From positions 1 through 45,163 of the IMG/VR virus record IMGVR_UViG_3300043416_000185: a stretch of 45,163 nucleotides of DNA. The stretch is one strand, 5' to 3'. The position numbers were made by a program, and so were the translations under genes. Below the pieces are notes generated by a model. It made no database searches. It was not told where the DNA came from and saw only the letters and a list, made by a program, of their open reading frames with translations. This document shows, piece after piece, positions 1 to 8,229 of the stretch. The stretch comes from a virus. Taxonomy: Duplodnaviria > Caudoviricetes. How positions within the stretch are numbered: the stretch's first letter is position 1; every line of letters starts with the position of its first letter.

Positions 1-124
1 TTACGGAACAATGGTTCCACCTTCTGGAATGACGAGCGTTCATAGCGCCCCAGACAGATACGAAAGACAAGGAGTGTCGTTCAATCATATATACCCTCAA
101 GCCCCTCGATGAGATACATACTGG
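1..124. repeat. Terminal direct repeat, left copy (circular contig overlap)
   Basis: 1-124 (ttacggaaca...gatacatactgg) is identical to 45040-45163 and falls inside coding sequence. Confidence 0.97.
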
Positions 125-825
125 CATCCTTATTCTTGGTCGGCTGTTCAACTACAAAGCCAACCCCTGCCCCTGTTATTATAAGCAACAAGGACAAGGA
201 TGCCTACATCGAGAAGGTTGACTCCATCGTATCTGACACGGCTTCAGCATTGACTGCCGTAAGCCCATCGGTTCCTGCTGGTGTGCCTAGGGATTTAGTA
301 GATAACCAAATCATAAAACTCAGCGGAATCAGCAAACCTTCACTAGAGAGGACCGACAGTTACAGGAATATGCTCAATTCAAACGACAAGGGTGCTGTCA
401 AGAAGGATAAGGACGATGCTCTTAAGGTGGACTCTGAAACGCAGAAACTGTGGGCTATAGTAGAGGAGCAGGAGACTGCAATTGCTATCGCCAACGAGAT
501 TGCAGAGAATGCTGAGAAAGAGCATCAATTGGAGATGAAGGAAAAGATATTGTGGAAGTTCAGCACAGCGGGTCTTGCCATGTTCGTGTTTGGACTGTTC
601 ATAGTAGCGTTCACTCCATTCAAGAAGAACGGAGGAATCTTCATGGCTGGAGGTTCGCTTGCGATGGCATCGCTATGGATATTCGACAGCAAGTGGTTCA
701 CTTGGATTATCGGCCTGTCAATAGGCTTTGTCGTAGGCTCGATAATCCTTGCGATAATTAGTCATCTTCGTCCTCGTCCAGAGGTTCGTGATACACCACA
801 GGGTGAAGGGGAGAAACCTGTTTAG
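109..825 (+). CDS. Lipoprotein with C-terminal transmembrane segments; candidate single-chain spanin
   Basis: Short signal ending in lipobox LVG-C, a helical/coiled-coil middle and three hydrophobic C-terminal segments. The start overlaps (ATGA) the stop of 43547-45151 across the circular join. Confidence 0.55.
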   Translation: MRYILASLFLVGCSTTKPTPAPVIISNKDKDAYIEKVDSIVSDTASALTAVSPSVPAGVPRDLVDNQIIKLSGISKPSLERTDSYRNMLNSNDKGAVKKDKDDALKVDSETQKLWAIVEEQETAIAIANEIAENAEKEHQLEMKEKILWKFSTAGLAMFVFGLFIVAFTPFKKNGGIFMAGGSLAMASLWIFDSKWFTWIIGLSIGFVVGSIILAIISHLRPRPEVRDTPQGEGEKPV

Positions 826-1054
826 TGTCGATGTTATAATCGACCCAAGCCTCCGCTGAGTTCTCATCCCAGTCGTTCATTTCCATGAAGGCTAGGACGA
901 GCCTGTCGTAGTTGTATTCGATAGCACCTGTAATGGGAACCTTACGCTGGATAGCCCAGTCAAGCCATTCCCTAGGCTCAAGCATGAAGCAACCCTTGTA
1001 GAGTTCATCATTGGCCTTGATTTCTTCCTCAGACAACTTTCTTGCCTTTAGCAT
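758..1054 (-). CDS. Hypothetical phage protein
   Basis: ORF from ATG 1054 (MLKARK...). Motif YNYDRLV..FM...AEAWVDYNI resembles a widespread uncharacterised phage family. Fits tight operon packing. Confidence 0.7.
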   Translation of the reverse strand: MLKARKLSEEEIKANDELYKGCFMLEPREWLDWAIQRKVPITGAIEYNYDRLVLAFMEMNDWDENSAEAWVDYNIDTKQVSPLHPVVYHEPLDEDEDD

Positions 1055-1226
1055 TGTAGATATTGAGTTCTTTCCAGATTTGGAAGTTCTCGTCAGACAG
1101 TCCGTTGAGGTATACAAGCATGGGTATGCATGCCTCGATTACATTGGGCTTGATTCCAAGCAAGACTGAGCAAGCCGCAACTGAGGAGTTCGGCTTCTTT
1201 TCTGTTAGGACTTTATCGGTATTCAT
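1029..1226 (-). CDS. Hypothetical protein (65 aa)
   Basis: ORF from ATG 1226 (MNTDKV...) fills the gap between neighbours with short overlaps. Confidence 0.55.
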   Translation of the reverse strand: MNTDKVLTEKKPNSSVAACSVLLGIKPNVIEACIPMLVYLNGLSDENFQIWKELNIYNAKGKKVV

Positions 1227-1500
1227 ATTGCTTGAGATAATCGTCACGCATACGCTTTGCCTCCTCGATGTCGTTTGACAGAGGATGTGAGATACATTTT
1301 CCGTTCTTAATGAGTTTGAAGTAGAACCTTCCATGAGACTTTTGCAGGTGATGGTTTTCGTTCATCGTTGCTCTTTCCTTCATTGAAGGAAGTGACACAG
1401 GCTCGCTGAATGTCTCTGCGTCCATCATACGCTTAATAGTCTTCATCGAAAGACCAAGCATGCGTCCTCGCTCGATTACTTCTTGTTGTAGTTCGTTCAT
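1213..1500 (-). CDS. Hypothetical protein with possible AP2/integrase-arm-like DNA-binding C-terminus
   Basis: C-terminal pattern RFYFKLIKNGKCISHPLSNDIEEAKRMRD suggests three strands plus a helix. ATGA overlap with the upstream gene. Confidence 0.55.
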   Translation of the reverse strand: MNELQQEVIERGRMLGLSMKTIKRMMDAETFSEPVSLPSMKERATMNENHHLQKSHGRFYFKLIKNGKCISHPLSNDIEEAKRMRDDYLKQYEYR

Positions 1501-1733
1501 TGTTTGATTCGGTAGTGGGGAATGGGTCTAGTGACCATGCCAGATGTAACTCTATACATACGCATTTCAAGAAGATTGTTCTTCAAGGCGGCACTAATTT
1601 TTCGTGAGATGATACGCTCAGAACTATTCCACATCTTTTGGAGTTCCCTTCTGGTGTAGAAGCCGTCCTCGGGTTTGTCGGCAATAGCATTGCCGAACAG
1701 TTTCTCTAGAGCCTTGATATGTTTGGTTTTCAT
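1497..1733 (-). CDS. Small winged-helix-like DNA-binding protein
   Basis: ORF from ATG 1733 (ATGA overlap). FYTRRELQKMWNSSERIISRKI helix-turn-helix followed by a beta-hairpin. Confidence 0.55.
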   Translation of the reverse strand: MKTKHIKALEKLFGNAIADKPEDGFYTRRELQKMWNSSERIISRKISAALKNNLLEMRMYRVTSGMVTRPIPHYRIKQ

Positions 1734-2482
1734 AGTCCTTTGATGGAGTAGATAAATTCTTTGCCGACACGATGGGCTTGCCAGACCTTCCAGTCCTTGC
1801 CTTGGACGAACCCATAAGTCCAGCCCGACCCCCACTTTGAGGTGGCTAGGCGATTCTTAGCGTATGACATGGCCTTCTTTTGACACAGGCAACCACCAGA
1901 GAACCCAACGGCTCCCTTGTGCCGTCTGGCGTTGATTTGCTGGATGCTGTGAAGGTGACCCATGATGACAGCACCTTCCTGCTCTGCGTAGTGGATTGCG
2001 TGTTCCTCTACGGCACGAATGCCGCAGGTATATCCATGCACGAAAGCGACCTTGCCGATGCGGTGGACACCATCCTCCGCATGGTAATCGTAAATCTTCT
2101 TACAGCCATTCTTCTTTAGGTGGTTGTAGATATCTTGCTTGAGGTCTATGCAATAGTCACGGAGCATGCCGTTGGTATGACCCTCGATGATTTGGTCTAG
2201 CCTATCGTCATGGTTTCCGTTGAGGAAAATTGTGGGTTGCACCCTGCTGATGAAATCCTTTCCAGCCTTTACATCGGCAACAAGCGACTCGTCTTCTTCC
2301 TTTCGACCAGCACCTCTGCGGATACTGCGAAAGTCAAAGTTATCGCCTAGGTGGACAATCTCAACATCGTCATTCCCCTTGCTGAACCAGCGGAGGAACT
2401 TGAAGAACTGCTGTGCCACATCCTTGTCGATGTGGTCACCATGATTGTCACCGACTGCTACGAATTTAGTCATTTTGCTCAT
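1730..2482 (-). CDS. Calcineurin-like metallophosphoesterase
   Basis: All five motifs present: GDNHG, LGDNFD, GNHD, HG, GHLH. Confidence 0.92.
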   Translation of the reverse strand: MSKMTKFVAVGDNHGDHIDKDVAQQFFKFLRWFSKGNDDVEIVHLGDNFDFRSIRRGAGRKEEDESLVADVKAGKDFISRVQPTIFLNGNHDDRLDQIIEGHTNGMLRDYCIDLKQDIYNHLKKNGCKKIYDYHAEDGVHRIGKVAFVHGYTCGIRAVEEHAIHYAEQEGAVIMGHLHSIQQINARRHKGAVGFSGGCLCQKKAMSYAKNRLATSKWGSGWTYGFVQGKDWKVWQAHRVGKEFIYSIKGL

Positions 2483-2672
2483 TGGAAATGTCGAATGTAT
2501 CGTTGCGGATTATGGAAAATTGGTCGGTGAGCATGTGACGGATTCCTCCGTCCTTCTCTAGGACTACGGCAAATATGTCATTGCAAAAGGTTCCTGCCTC
2601 TTGGACATAGAGCAGGTATCCGTATCCCAATGCTGTCTTGACAGGGATGGGCTTTCTGAATTCGTGAATCAT
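2466..2672 (-). CDS. Hypothetical protein
   Basis: 68-aa ORF overlapping both operon neighbours. Confidence 0.7.
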   Translation of the reverse strand: MIHEFRKPIPVKTALGYGYLLYVQEAGTFCNDIFAVVLEKDGGIRHMLTDQFSIIRNDTFDISNEQND

Positions 2673-2890
2673 TTCATAGACCTCCGCAGGTCATCCAAGT
2701 CTGCAAGGACTCTGAGCCACCTGTCGTGGTCACAGTTAGCCTCTATCTTCCAGTAGTTGACCAGACGCTCAAGACGCTCCACCTCTGCCTTGAGGCTGGC
2801 GTAGTCCTCGTAGCGAACAAAGACTCCGTTATCTTCTTCAACCAATGCCGCAGAAAATCCACGGATGGCGTACCGCTTCGGTTCGCTCAC
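2669..2890 (-). CDS. Hypothetical coiled-coil protein
   Basis: Likely GTG start at 2890 (GTGA overlap). G.FVRYEDYASLKAEVERL motif typical of small phage accessory ORFs. Confidence 0.65.
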   Translation of the reverse strand: MSEPKRYAIRGFSAALVEEDNGVFVRYEDYASLKAEVERLERLVNYWKIEANCDHDRWLRVLADLDDLRRSMK

Positions 2891-3120
2891 GACTGCTTGC
2901 CCTCCTTGGCGGCTCGCCATTGGAACGATGCGTATCCGACTTCGTATGAAGACATCTTGCTCGTAAGCACTCGTTCAAGTTCATCCCCAGCCTTGGTCAG
3001 CCGCTCGACCTCGGCCTTGAGGCGGGCGTTCTCTGCCAATGCTTCATCAAGAACGGCTTTATTAAATTGAGCGTGAAGAAAATCTACTTCACCTCTAAAT
3101 TCGTGATTACCTTTTATCAC
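2887..3120 (-). CDS. Hypothetical coiled-coil protein
   Basis: 77-aa ORF sharing LKAEVERL with the next gene. Confidence 0.65.
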   Translation of the reverse strand: MIKGNHEFRGEVDFLHAQFNKAVLDEALAENARLKAEVERLTKAGDELERVLTSKMSSYEVGYASFQWRAAKEGKQS

Positions 3121-3286
3121 GGCTGGGCTTCACCTGTTTGTTAGCGACAGGGAAATACTTGTCCAACTCATCGAGGATATCTTTGAGTTCGACAGGGCTG
3201 AAAGAGGCATACATATTCCGTCCTAGGGCTTGTGACCCAGCAAGACGGAGCAGTCTCAGTCCCTTAGTTTTTTTCTGATAGGCCAT
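3107..3286 (-). CDS. Hypothetical basic protein
   Basis: ORF from ATG 3286 (MAYQKKTKG...), packed in the operon. Confidence 0.55.
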   Translation of the reverse strand: MAYQKKTKGLRLLRLAGSQALGRNMYASFSPVELKDILDELDKYFPVANKQVKPSRDKR

Positions 3287-3431
3287 TCTCGTCTTCCCAT
3301 TCAGACATCTTCTTCTTGAGAGCCTCAAGCATCTCAATTGCCAACTCTAGGTCAGCAACTGAGATGCCAAGGGTTTCAGACGCATGAAGCATCTTGTAAG
3401 AAGTGGACTTGGCTTTCTTCTTCTTAGCCAT
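3264..3431 (-). CDS. Hypothetical protein (55 aa, not in the supplied ORF track)
   Basis: Translated by hand: MAKKKKAKSTSYKMLHASETLGISVADLELAIEMLEALKKKMSEWEDENGLSEKN*. The start overlaps the ERF stop (TAATG). Confidence 0.65.
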   Translation of the reverse strand: MAKKKKAKSTSYKMLHASETLGISVADLELAIEMLEALKKKMSEWEDENGLSEKN

Positions 3432-4240
3432 TAGAAGGGAACCTCGTCTTGCCCCTGCGACTGACCGCTGGAGGCCATTTCATACAGGGCTACTGCAGTT
3501 GCCTTCAACTTGGCATCCTTAGCCGTCACTTTGCCAGTCTTCTCGTAAGGACGAGGCTCCCACTTGGTAGCCCAGTAGGTCAAATCATTGAGGCCAAGTT
3601 CACCGACAGGGGTTCCCTTGTTGTTTCCAAAAGGAACAGGAATAGAAGGGTCGATATCTGCGATACCACTAGGGACAGACTCACTACGAGAAGCAGGAGC
3701 AGGAGCAGGGGCAGAGACAATTTCCGTAGGCTTAGGTCCATTGTATGACTTGTTAGGAATGAACTTGCCAGCAGGAGCAGAGGAGGTCTTCACCTGTCTG
3801 TCGGTTTCTGCATCGTCATCATCGAGGCTGATACCTGCGATGGAGGCCAGAGAATATCTGCGGATGTAAGAATAGATGCTACCAGCATGCTGACCCTGCA
3901 TACCCTTGTCGCAAGGGATGAGAGCGTTGCTGGAGATGGAGCCACCATCCTTGTGCAGGATGATGTTGCGGACACCAACTACTTCAATGTCACCGACAGG
4001 CATCTGGAGGATAGCCAGACCATGCTTGTGGGCAAGGGGCTTAAGATATTTCAGATGGGCTTGGAGACTGGCGAACTTGTTCTTAAAGTGAGGGTTATAG
4101 TCATCGGCAGGGATATCTTCTGCTTCATGGACAAAGGCAATCAAAGCCTTGACGAGACTGAGTTGTTGTTCGGGAGTATTATCGTTCATGCGGGTAGGAT
4201 GATTGTAGGTGTAGGAGGAAAGGGAATCAAAGATGCTCAT
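3431..4240 (-). CDS. erf: ERF-family single-strand annealing protein with extra C-terminal domain and acidic tail
   Basis: NPHFKNKFASL and GSIYSYIRRYSLASIAGI..DDDDA are ERF signature motifs. Ends QDEVPF. Start is 4240 or 4189. Confidence 0.88.
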   Translation of the reverse strand: MSIFDSLSSYTYNHPTRMNDNTPEQQLSLVKALIAFVHEAEDIPADDYNPHFKNKFASLQAHLKYLKPLAHKHGLAILQMPVGDIEVVGVRNIILHKDGGSISSNALIPCDKGMQGQHAGSIYSYIRRYSLASIAGISLDDDDAETDRQVKTSSAPAGKFIPNKSYNGPKPTEIVSAPAPAPASRSESVPSGIADIDPSIPVPFGNNKGTPVGELGLNDLTYWATKWEPRPYEKTGKVTAKDAKLKATAVALYEMASSGQSQGQDEVPF

Positions 4241-4256
4241 GTGGTTGACTGGGCTT

Positions 4257-4285
4257 GTTATACCATAGTGAAATCAATTCGTCAA
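4257..4285 (-). promoter_or_regulatory. Sigma70-type promoter for the erf operon
   Basis: Minus strand TTGACG-17 bp-TATAAC, then leader ending CAACCAC-ATG at 4240. Confidence 0.75.
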
Positions 4286-4295
4286 GGGGTATTTC

Positions 4296-4332
4296 AAAAA
4301 AAACTCCCTCAGTCTACCACGACTAAGGGAGT
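4296..4332 (-). terminator. Intrinsic terminator after the DnaC-like gene
   Basis: Minus strand ACTCCCTTAGTC-gtggta-GACTGAGGGAGT stem followed by a T run. Confidence 0.8.
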
Positions 4333-4406
4333 CCAAACCTTTCGGTTATTGCCTGCATGATTCAACCCACAGAACAAATATAGTATCTCATATTTTTCCT
4401 GCCAAA

Positions 4407-5102
4407 TCAACCCCCAATTACATCAAAGTAATCTCTCATCCTTCTGATGATTGCAACGCCTGTTTCCTTGTTGGTGAAGCGGTCAAGCAAAGTCTCACCA
4501 GTATAATTCGTGGTGATAATTGTAGTCTTCAATCCAGAGGTTCGCTCATCGATTACAGCGAACAGGTCAGTCTCCATTCTTGCGGTCAGACGCTCCTTGC
4601 CTAGGTCATCCAATACCAGCACCGAACAATTAATCAAAGTGTCAAGAACCTTTGAGTGCTTCTTCTCGTCAAAGCCTTTCTCGATGAACCCCTCAAACTT
4701 ACGCATCTGTAGGAACAGGCAGTCAGTATGGTTGTAGACGAAATACTGATTGAACAGCCACCAAGCCGCACGACTCTTGCCGATGCCTGTCTGCCCATGC
4801 AGAACCACGCCACACTTGTCCTTGCTGGGCTCCCATTTCTTGACCTTACGCAGGAAGTCATTGAACTCCATGTCCGTGTTTCGGAAGGCCATAGGGGTGT
4901 CGGGATGGATGAAATCACCAATCCAGAACAGACCCTCCTGCTCAAAGACCTTTGCGTAGGAGTGGGGATACTTGACAGCCCATGCGTTCTCGTAGCAATT
5001 GCCACACAGAGTCATCTTCAGAAACTTCTGGGTCGTAGGGTTGTAGATAGGATATCCAATCCTATCGCAATGGTTGCACTTGGGAGCCGTGTTAGAAGCC
5101 AT
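4407..5102 (-). CDS. DnaC/IstB-like AAA+ helicase loader
   Basis: Walker A GQTGIGKS, Walker B VLVLDDLGKE, TIITTN and an N-terminal CxxC pair. Directly follows the initiator gene. Start ATG 5102. Confidence 0.9.
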   Translation of the reverse strand: MASNTAPKCNHCDRIGYPIYNPTTQKFLKMTLCGNCYENAWAVKYPHSYAKVFEQEGLFWIGDFIHPDTPMAFRNTDMEFNDFLRKVKKWEPSKDKCGVVLHGQTGIGKSRAAWWLFNQYFVYNHTDCLFLQMRKFEGFIEKGFDEKKHSKVLDTLINCSVLVLDDLGKERLTARMETDLFAVIDERTSGLKTTIITTNYTGETLLDRFTNKETGVAIIRRMRDYFDVIGG

Positions 5103-5778
5103 TCTGGTGTTGAGCCTTGGTGGTGATATGCCCAGCCTGTTTAAACGAGCCCTGCAAGGCAAATAGACCCACCCAGCCCTGCTTGATACTCTGGTTGATG
5201 GTGGCGATAGCCTGTGCCTCCGTGAGAACACGCAGGTCATTGAGTTGCATGTCAATAGTCCTGTCTGTCATAGGCTTCTTCTTTTCCTTTCGGTAGTCCA
5301 ACCAAGAGTCCCAAGCCTGTCTGAAAGCACCTCCATGAGGAAGCACATGCACAGTCTCCTTTGTATCTCTTTTACTCTCAGTATTATTCTCTTGTCTATT
5401 AGTAGCCGATTTTTCGGCTAGGGGGGAGCCAGTTTTTCGGCTGGGGGTAGCCGAATTTTCGGCCCCCTTCATCTGGGGCTTGGTAAGGCCAAGGGACGAG
5501 AATGTGATGAGGATTCTGTAGCCGTTGTCACCCTCCCTGCGGAACACGAACTTGTTGTCAACGAGCGAGGCGATGTGGTCTTTGACAGTAGACTCAGAGA
5601 TGCCACAAGCCTCTGCAAGGTAGGCATTGGACGCATAGCATCCGTTGTTACCATCGAGGCATTGGATGACCCCATAGAGCAGTTTAGCCATAGGGCTGAT
5701 GTCAGAGTTGAAGACCTCTCTGGGGATGTAAACACCCCCAAAGGTAATCTTGTCGTTTGTGGTAGAACTGTGGGTCAT
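5092..5778 (-). CDS. Replication initiator (lambda O-like organisation)
   Basis: N-terminal winged HTH (AKLLYG...CYASNAYLAEACGISESTVKDHIASL), C-terminal W..W..YRKE...INQSI..GW.GLF domain, internal iterons, adjacent to the loader. Confidence 0.85.
   Translation of the reverse strand: MTHSSTTNDKITFGGVYIPREVFNSDISPMAKLLYGVIQCLDGNNGCYASNAYLAEACGISESTVKDHIASLVDNKFVFRREGDNGYRILITFSSLGLTKPQMKGAENSATPSRKTGSPLAEKSATNRQENNTESKRDTKETVHVLPHGGAFRQAWDSWLDYRKEKKKPMTDRTIDMQLNDLRVLTEAQAIATINQSIKQGWVGLFALQGSFKQAGHITTKAQHQNGF
5403..5465. repeat. Three palindromic iterons, probable replication origin
   Basis: TAGCCGATTTTTCGGCTA (5403), GAGCCAGTTTTTCGGCTG (5426) and TAGCCGAATTTTCGGCCC (5448), spaced 22-23 bp in the linker region of the initiator gene. 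Confidence 0.8.
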
Positions 5779-5782
5779 AGGA

Positions 5783-6019
5783 TTATTTGTTGATGCGAAT
5801 GTGTTGGTCTAGGGTCTGCCATCCATCACCATCGACATACGCACGAATGGTAATGTTGATTTCAGAATCAGTCCACCTAGAGACAAGGGTGTATTCATCA
5901 TACTCGATTGTATGACTACCCTCGCTACACTTGATTGTCAGAGCGTAGTTCTCAAGGTAGTTGATGACTTTGTTCTCAGCCCAAGCACCAAAGCCAAGGC
6001 GATTGATTTGGTCTTTCAT
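5783..6019 (-). CDS. Hypothetical protein
   Basis: ORF from ATG 6019 (MKDQINRL...), between exonuclease and initiator. Confidence 0.65.
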   Translation of the reverse strand: MKDQINRLGFGAWAENKVINYLENYALTIKCSEGSHTIEYDEYTLVSRWTDSEINITIRAYVDGDGWQTLDQHIRINK

Positions 6020-6023
6020 GTTA

Positions 6024-6821
6024 TCAGACATCGATGATGGTGCTTTCGATTTCGTAGCCAGCCCAAATCTCATGGTCAACGCAATACTGAATCTGAGCGA
6101 TGGCGATGAGCATCTTCTCCCTAGCCTTTTTCAGACTATTAACAGAAATCTCAAAGCAACGCACACCATGAGGAGGATTTTTCTCGACCATGATGAAGAT
6201 GAAGCGGAGATTCTCGATGCCGTTGTGTTCAAGAAGCAACATATACATTGCGTTCTGGATGGCGTAGAGGTTATCAAGAATCACATTCTTGACCTCATAC
6301 ATGTTCGACAGGTTTGCGTTGGTGGTCTTGAGGTCAAGGATGATTCCCTTCTCCCAGTTCACCCAGTCCATACGACCCTTGAGTTTGATGTCCTTGTAGG
6401 GCAGGACATCAGAGAACACGGACACTTCAGCGTCACCCTTGCTGGTGACATCCATGAAGATGGGATGCTCACGAACCTTGTCAGCCATGCTAGCGATGAG
6501 GTCAAACTCTTCATCGTTGATGATAATCTTGCCAGCATTCTCCTCATGGAACTTGGCAGAGTCCAACTTGTCCTGCGTCTTACGCAGGTCAAACTTCTTG
6601 GACACAACGACTTCCTTGTCGAACAGGCTGGGCTGGAAGCAAGCGAGGTGCGTTGCAGTTCCAATCAGCATGGGCTTGGTTACCTCTCGCTGTTCCGTGA
6701 ACTGATGCTTGTAATGTTCGGGCGATACGAACATGGGCTTCAGCATTGACTGGCTGATGCCGACTTCATTGCGATAGTCAGCGTCTGCCATATTTTTGAC
6801 GATTCTGGTGTAGTTACTCAT
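6024..6821 (-). CDS. PD-(D/E)XK exonuclease (RecE/ExoVIII C-terminal-like)
   Basis: ISQSMLK, GTATHL, KGRMDW, ILDLKTT and Y.IQ.AMY motifs. Start ATG 6821 is preceded by the CCTTCACCCAC leader. Confidence 0.9.
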   Translation of the reverse strand: MSNYTRIVKNMADADYRNEVGISQSMLKPMFVSPEHYKHQFTEQREVTKPMLIGTATHLACFQPSLFDKEVVVSKKFDLRKTQDKLDSAKFHEENAGKIIINDEEFDLIASMADKVREHPIFMDVTSKGDAEVSVFSDVLPYKDIKLKGRMDWVNWEKGIILDLKTTNANLSNMYEVKNVILDNLYAIQNAMYMLLLEHNGIENLRFIFIMVEKNPPHGVRCFEISVNSLKKAREKMLIAIAQIQYCVDHEIWAGYEIESTIIDV

Positions 6822-6840
6822 GTGGGTGAAGGTATGTTGT

Positions 6841-7260
6841 CTACCACGAACACCTCGTAATGTCAATGAGGATTCGGGGGCCAGACACGGAAAAAAGTTT
6901 ATGCGTATGCTTGGAGCAGACGAGAGAATCGTCCACCATGTATCCAGCCTCGACAAGGCCATCGAGAACCATCTTCTCTAGGTTGTCCAAGTCGGGTCTG
7001 GTTGTTTTGGGCAAGACATCAACCTCGCCCTTATGCTTCTTCAGAAACGGATACTCAAAAGTTATCTCGACATACAAGGGGAAGTCATACGGCTTGTCGG
7101 GTCTGTCCTTCAGAACCTTGGCTACGAATTCTTTTTTCCACTTGCTTGCCTTGCTGGATGCCATCTTGCCGACAAACATCTTTCCTTGTTTGTTCTTCAA
7201 GATTCTCAAAGCACTCTGCTGGGTAGGAGAAGGCTCAATGTATACTGTGATTCTTTTCAT
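6841..7260 (-). CDS. rusA: RusA-family Holliday junction resolvase
   Basis: RPDLDNLEKMVLDGL...DDSLV catalytic signature. Confidence 0.92.
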   Translation of the reverse strand: MKRITVYIEPSPTQQSALRILKNKQGKMFVGKMASSKASKWKKEFVAKVLKDRPDKPYDFPLYVEITFEYPFLKKHKGEVDVLPKTTRPDLDNLEKMVLDGLVEAGYMVDDSLVCSKHTHKLFSVSGPRILIDITRCSW

Positions 7261-7264
7261 AATA

Positions 7265-7351
7265 TTATTCTCTATCTGTGATAATTTCGTAAATAAACCT
7301 AGGGATAACTAGGACGATAATAAAGGCGGCGGCGGCTTCTAGTAGTGTCAT
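7265..7351 (-). CDS. Small membrane peptide (28 aa, not in the ORF track)
   Basis: MTLLEAAAAFIIVLVIPRFIYEIITDRE*; ends 4 nt before the rusA start. Confidence 0.45.
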   Translation of the reverse strand: MTLLEAAAAFIIVLVIPRFIYEIITDRE

Positions 7352-7372
7352 CTGGGTTGCATCAAGGCGATT

Positions 7373-7401
7373 CTTATACACCATCTGCATATGGAATTCA
7401 A
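7373..7401 (-). promoter_or_regulatory. Possible leftward promoter for the replication operon
   Basis: Minus strand TTGAAT-17 bp-TATAAG at the strand divergence point. Confidence 0.4.
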
Positions 7402-7924
7402 GTCAAAAGAAGAAATTATCAGCAATGACCAAAAGCAGAATCACACAGGTGAGAGACTGCCAGAGGCTTTGCGTGAGCAGATTAAGCAGATGCTTTCAGA
7501 GGGCAGGTCACAGCGTGAGATACAGCGTGAGACAGGCGTGTCGGCACACACAGTAGTCGGAATCAGAAGGTCAATGCCAGCGTTGGATGACAAGGGCTGG
7601 AAGAAGAATGTCATAGAGACTCTGCGTGATGTCGTGAGCCGTGGTGCGAGCAGGTTGAGTGATGAGATTGATGACATCCCCATCACCGCAATGCCTGTTT
7701 CATTGGGCATTCTCATCGACAAGATAAATGTGCTGAACGACCAGCCAACCGCTGTGGTCGAGCATCGTATGCGTATCACCCACGATGAGATAAATAATAT
7801 TTTACTGGATGCCAATGTCATTGACGAAAATCCCTTGACAAGTTCGTGTGAATCTGGCAGTCTTGCCGAGAACTCACATGAGCCACGACAAAAACAATCC
7901 GTTCAAAAACAAGAGGGAACTTAA
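7391..7924 (+). CDS. HTH protein, possible terminase small subunit
   Basis: N-terminal HTH (GRSQREIQRETGVSAHTVVGIRR), helical core and GILIDKINVLNDQPT..VEH tail resembling TerS architecture. Function is inferred. Confidence 0.5.
   Translation: MEFKSKEEIISNDQKQNHTGERLPEALREQIKQMLSEGRSQREIQRETGVSAHTVVGIRRSMPALDDKGWKKNVIETLRDVVSRGASRLSDEIDDIPITAMPVSLGILIDKINVLNDQPTAVVEHRMRITHDEINNILLDANVIDENPLTSSCESGSLAENSHEPRQKQSVQKQEGT
7835..7863 (+). promoter_or_regulatory. Cassette promoter P1 (weak -10)
   Basis: TTGACA-17 bp-CAGTCT, then CTCAC-ATG at 7878. Confidence 0.5.
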
Positions 7925-8192
7925 CCGCTTCCTCAAACACACTAAGAAGTTCTACGAGAACATCACAACCTTTGATGATGCCTTTGATGCTTTCTCAAAG
8001 GACAATTGCATCGATGCCCTTGAGGTGATTGGTCGCAACTGCAAAGACCCTGCGATTGGTTTCCCCAAGGAAGGTGTGGCTGGCTGGGCTAACACCCGCA
8101 GAGCCTATCGTGAGCATTGGTCTAAGGCCGACATCGCAATTCAGTCTTGCCTGTCCGAATGGAAGCGTAGAAAAGAACTGCGAGCCTATTGA
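7878..8192 (+). CDS. Hypothetical early protein
   Basis: ORF from ATG 7878 (MSHDKNNPF...) after promoter P1. Confidence 0.7.
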   Translation: MSHDKNNPFKNKRELNRFLKHTKKFYENITTFDDAFDAFSKDNCIDALEVIGRNCKDPAIGFPKEGVAGWANTRRAYREHWSKADIAIQSCLSEWKRRKELRAY

Positions 8193-8217
8193 CATTAATC
8201 TGCCAATCGAGTATAAC
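8189..8217 (+). promoter_or_regulatory. Cassette promoter P2
   Basis: TTGACA-17 bp-TATAAC; the -35 box contains the upstream stop TGA (8190-8192). Confidence 0.8.
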
Positions 8218-8229
8218 ATCCATCCTCCC

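Noticed and set aside
1-124. Terminal repeat as a biological direct terminal repeat
   Set aside because: It cuts through two coupled genes and has the size of an assembler overlap. It is more simply explained as circular assembly.
5961-6749. 262-aa plus-strand ORF and similar long antisense ORFs
   Set aside because: These are shadows of well-supported opposite-strand genes and carry no motifs.
6838-6866. Internal promoter for the exonuclease (TTGACA-17-TAGACA, minus strand)
   Set aside because: The -10 box lacks the conserved final T and the site lies within rusA coding sequence. Plausible given the shared leader, but not listed as a feature.
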